Shown in pieces: positions 61,801-64,000 of a stretch of DNA of 64,000 nucleotides; the stretch's first letter is position 1, and every line of letters starts with the position of its first letter. The translations under genes and the position numbers were made by a program. The notes below the pieces were generated by a model. It was not told the DNA's origin and did no database searches. It was given only the letters and a program-made list of their open reading frames with translations. Source of the stretch: Haliotis rufescens (Eukaryota); contig NW_025964361.1 in assembly GCF_023055435.1 (NCBI RefSeq), positions 2,728,001 through 2,792,000 on the forward strand, in the 5' to 3' direction.

Positions 61801-63745
61801 GGTTCAGCTTTGTGTGTGAATGGTGACATATTTTCTGAATTGTCTTATTAAATGTGAGAACTGTAAGGTTTGCAAACATGAATGATACTGTATTGTAATG
61901 CTTAATGTGAACTTGAGGACATACAACCTTCCTCTTTCAGGTTTGGGTGAAACTTTACGATCAATAGTTGCTTCTACACCAGAACTAGATGATGATTCTT
62001 TTGGTAGTCCAAGTTCCAAAAGAGCTTCAAGGTAAGGGAGTTTTGAGCATCGTTACATGAGCTAATTTTCCATGTAGCAGGGGCATGGAGTCACGGGCAT
62101 CTGAGGCACTGTAAGTTGCTGTGCAGAGTTCAGTCCCTTAGCCGTGCCAGGATCTGCTGCTCACAGATTTGTCTCTATTTTGGTCATTGGTCCGTCAGCT
62201 CTGTACTTATGTTCCAAGGTTTCATCAAAGTGGTTGACATAATTGATCTGTGTCACTTGTTTTTTTTTCCTACATTTAGCTTACATGGCTGAAATGCTTT
62301 GCAAGGGTGTGAAAACATCAAAATGAATAGTAAGCAGTAAAATTAAGTAGTCTGGAGACTAAATCTACCTTGCCAAATTACCAACAACAAAAAAATCTTT
62401 TAAACCCACAACGATTTCGTTTCTCTGTGGATTTTCTCCCTGCGTATAATGAATTCATCATTGATAGGCTGTTATGAAATGAAAGCCATGTTTTGAGCAG
62501 CCAGTGCGACCTGCCATGACTTCTTTATTAATACAATGGATTTGAGCAACCGAGGAAGTTAACTTAACGAGGAAGTTAACAAGACGCTATTTGCATTTGG
62601 ATTAGTCAAACTCGCGATGTTTTCACTTTTTCAAAGTTATATGTAGAACTTATTACAAACGTTTTATCAAAAAGTGAATGTCCAACTTTAAGAGTTGTCC
62701 GTGGGCAACCAAAGCTGAACTTCTGCTTTCCCCGGCTATCTCATTTAACAAAGATTTGGAAGCTGGGTTTGACTCGCTCACTCACTCACTCACCTTTTTA
62801 GAAATTAACAACAGATGTGTAGAATCTTGGAAGGCTCTTTTGCAGTGACAATCAATTTCCATTCACACAGCCACTTATTTTGAAGAGGCCATGTGGTTAA
62901 AGCATATGTTCGTCTGGCCAAGGCGTTAGTTCAATTCCACCCATGAAGATCTGTGTAAAAATAGGTCTTCAGAACCCATGCTTGCCGTAAAAGGTGACTA
63001 ACGGGATCGGGGGTCAGACTCACTGACTTGGTTGATTCATGTCATCGTATCCCAATTGCGTGGATCAGTGCTCATGATATCAATCACTGGATTGTCTGGT
63101 CCAGACTTGATTATTTACAGACCACTGTCATATAGCAGGAATATTGTGGAATGTGGTGTTAAACAACAAACAACAACTTGGTTCAATTCCCCACGGGGGT
63201 ACACCATGTACAATGTGTGAAGCCTATTTCTGGTGTCTCCCCATCTGGGATATTGATGAACACGACTTAAAACATACTCATTCACTTGTTGGGCGGTCTG
63301 GTAGCCTAGTGGTTAAAGCGTTTGATCGTCACACCAAAGACCCGGGTTCGATTCCCGACATGGGTACAATGTATGAAGCCCATTTCTGGTGTCCCCCGCC
63401 GTGATATTGCTGGAATATTGCTAAAAGCGGCGTAAAACCATACTCACTCACTCACTCATTCACTTGTGGACTTTTGTAAGTCATTACATGACATTAATAT
63501 TGAATATTTTGATTTCAGAAAAAAATTATCTTCTAATTTTCAAATATGTTAACATACTTGTGCAGGTTTGTTGTGTCAGTGATATAATGAACCTGATGAC
63601 TGGACTCAATATAACATACTGAAGTCTGAAATATACTTGAACAAGAACAATTTTTGTTTCAGAAGGAATGATAAAACTATATTTGATGAGCTTGCTGGTG
63701 AGGGAGCTGACATTGCTGAAGTTGACTTTGGTGCTGATATTACCG
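49900..63745 (+). CDS. MAPK8IP3: JNK-interacting protein 3/4 (JIP3/JIP4; MAPK8IP3/SPAG9, Sunday driver/UNC-16 homolog), 5' part; continues past the window end
   Basis: Exons 49900-50187 ([40 protein letters not shown]1 domain), 51312-51432, 51997-52067 ([23 protein letters not shown]), 52247-52341, 52896-53155 (RPVSM), 60843-61082, 61941-62031 (IVASTPELD), 63663-63745 ([13 protein letters not shown]). Phases are compatible. Extra small exons in 53156-60842 cannot be excluded. Confidence 0.92.
50848..51005 (+). mobile_element. SINE family A, diverged
   Basis: Colinear match to the consensus with many substitutions. Confidence 0.75.
52503..52748 (+). mobile_element. Retroposon family C, slightly 5'-truncated
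   Basis: Contains the doubled atgyttgtygtaa(a/g)aggcgact hairpin and the family tail. Confidence 0.8.
53230..53600 (+). repeat. 84-bp (2 x 42) degenerate tandem repeat, in frame with JIP exon 5
   Basis: Units 53311-53394 and 53395-53478; the next unit carries a 6-bp insertion (agtcat). Confidence 0.85.
55975..56290. repeat. 28-bp self-complementary minisatellite (~11 units)
   Basis: Unit cagtatcatcatgatcataatactgaca. Confidence 0.9.
62886..63456 (+). mobile_element. Nested cluster: old family A SINE split by a family C element (~62940-63177), followed by a young family A SINE (~63291-63456)
   Basis: gttcaattcc is duplicated on both sides of the family C copy; tcattcacttgt is duplicated around the last SINE. 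Confidence 0.8.
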
Positions 63746-64000
63746 GTGAGACACTAACATCAAGCTGGTTGCCCAGCTCACAAAACTTAATTAGCAAATT
63801 CAGGAATATGTTTGTTTCCTTGCATTGTGCTGCAACTGAAACAGTAATGAGATACACAAACTAACTGTATGACAATCTGCATGAATGAAACACTAAGACT
63901 ATCTGTCTGAGACACAGCTATTGTGCATGTCGATTCTGAAGATTTTTACATACCTAGGACTATGTGTGGTTCTCTGTGATGTCTACTTGCAGCACTCGTC

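Noticed and set aside
63594-63635. Hammerhead-like CTGATGA..GAAA (CTGATGA words also at ~10850, 38832, 44216, 56455)
   Set aside because: Stem II does not close next to the core and no stems I/III or cleavage triplet could be built.

Overview
Intron-rich, AT-rich animal genomic DNA, not prokaryotic. The SINE repertoire suggests a mollusc such as an abalone-like gastropod, but that is inference only. Manual splicing (GT..AG boundaries, exon phases checked) gives six protein-coding genes. Three are GH27 alpha-galactosidase/alpha-N-acetylgalactosaminidase (GLA/NAGA-family) paralogs: one on the minus strand, cut by the window start, and two complete plus-strand copies from a ~8.3 kb tandem duplication. 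The others are a 2-exon 55-aa TOM5-like gene, a complete 17-exon ~651-aa AtuA/DUF1446-like gene (minus) with a mitochondrial-type presequence, and the 5' part of a JIP3/JIP4 (MAPK8IP3/SPAG9, syd/unc-16) scaffold gene. Introns and spacers hold several SINE-like families, MITEs, a decayed mariner, R4/Dong-like and I/Nimb-like LINE fragments, and minisatellites. Highlights: (1) a minisatellite built from a real splice donor, giving ~22 tandem consensus 5' splice sites that are also AP-1 motifs; (2) a tRNA-less retroposon whose full-length copies all start at a predicted pseudoknot; (3) an in-frame read-through of a JIP exon into a TP-rich repeat tail; (4) GH27 paralogs near-identical except around substrate-binding loops; (5) a DNA transposon inserted inside a splice donor. 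All family assignments are from recalled motifs, not database searches.
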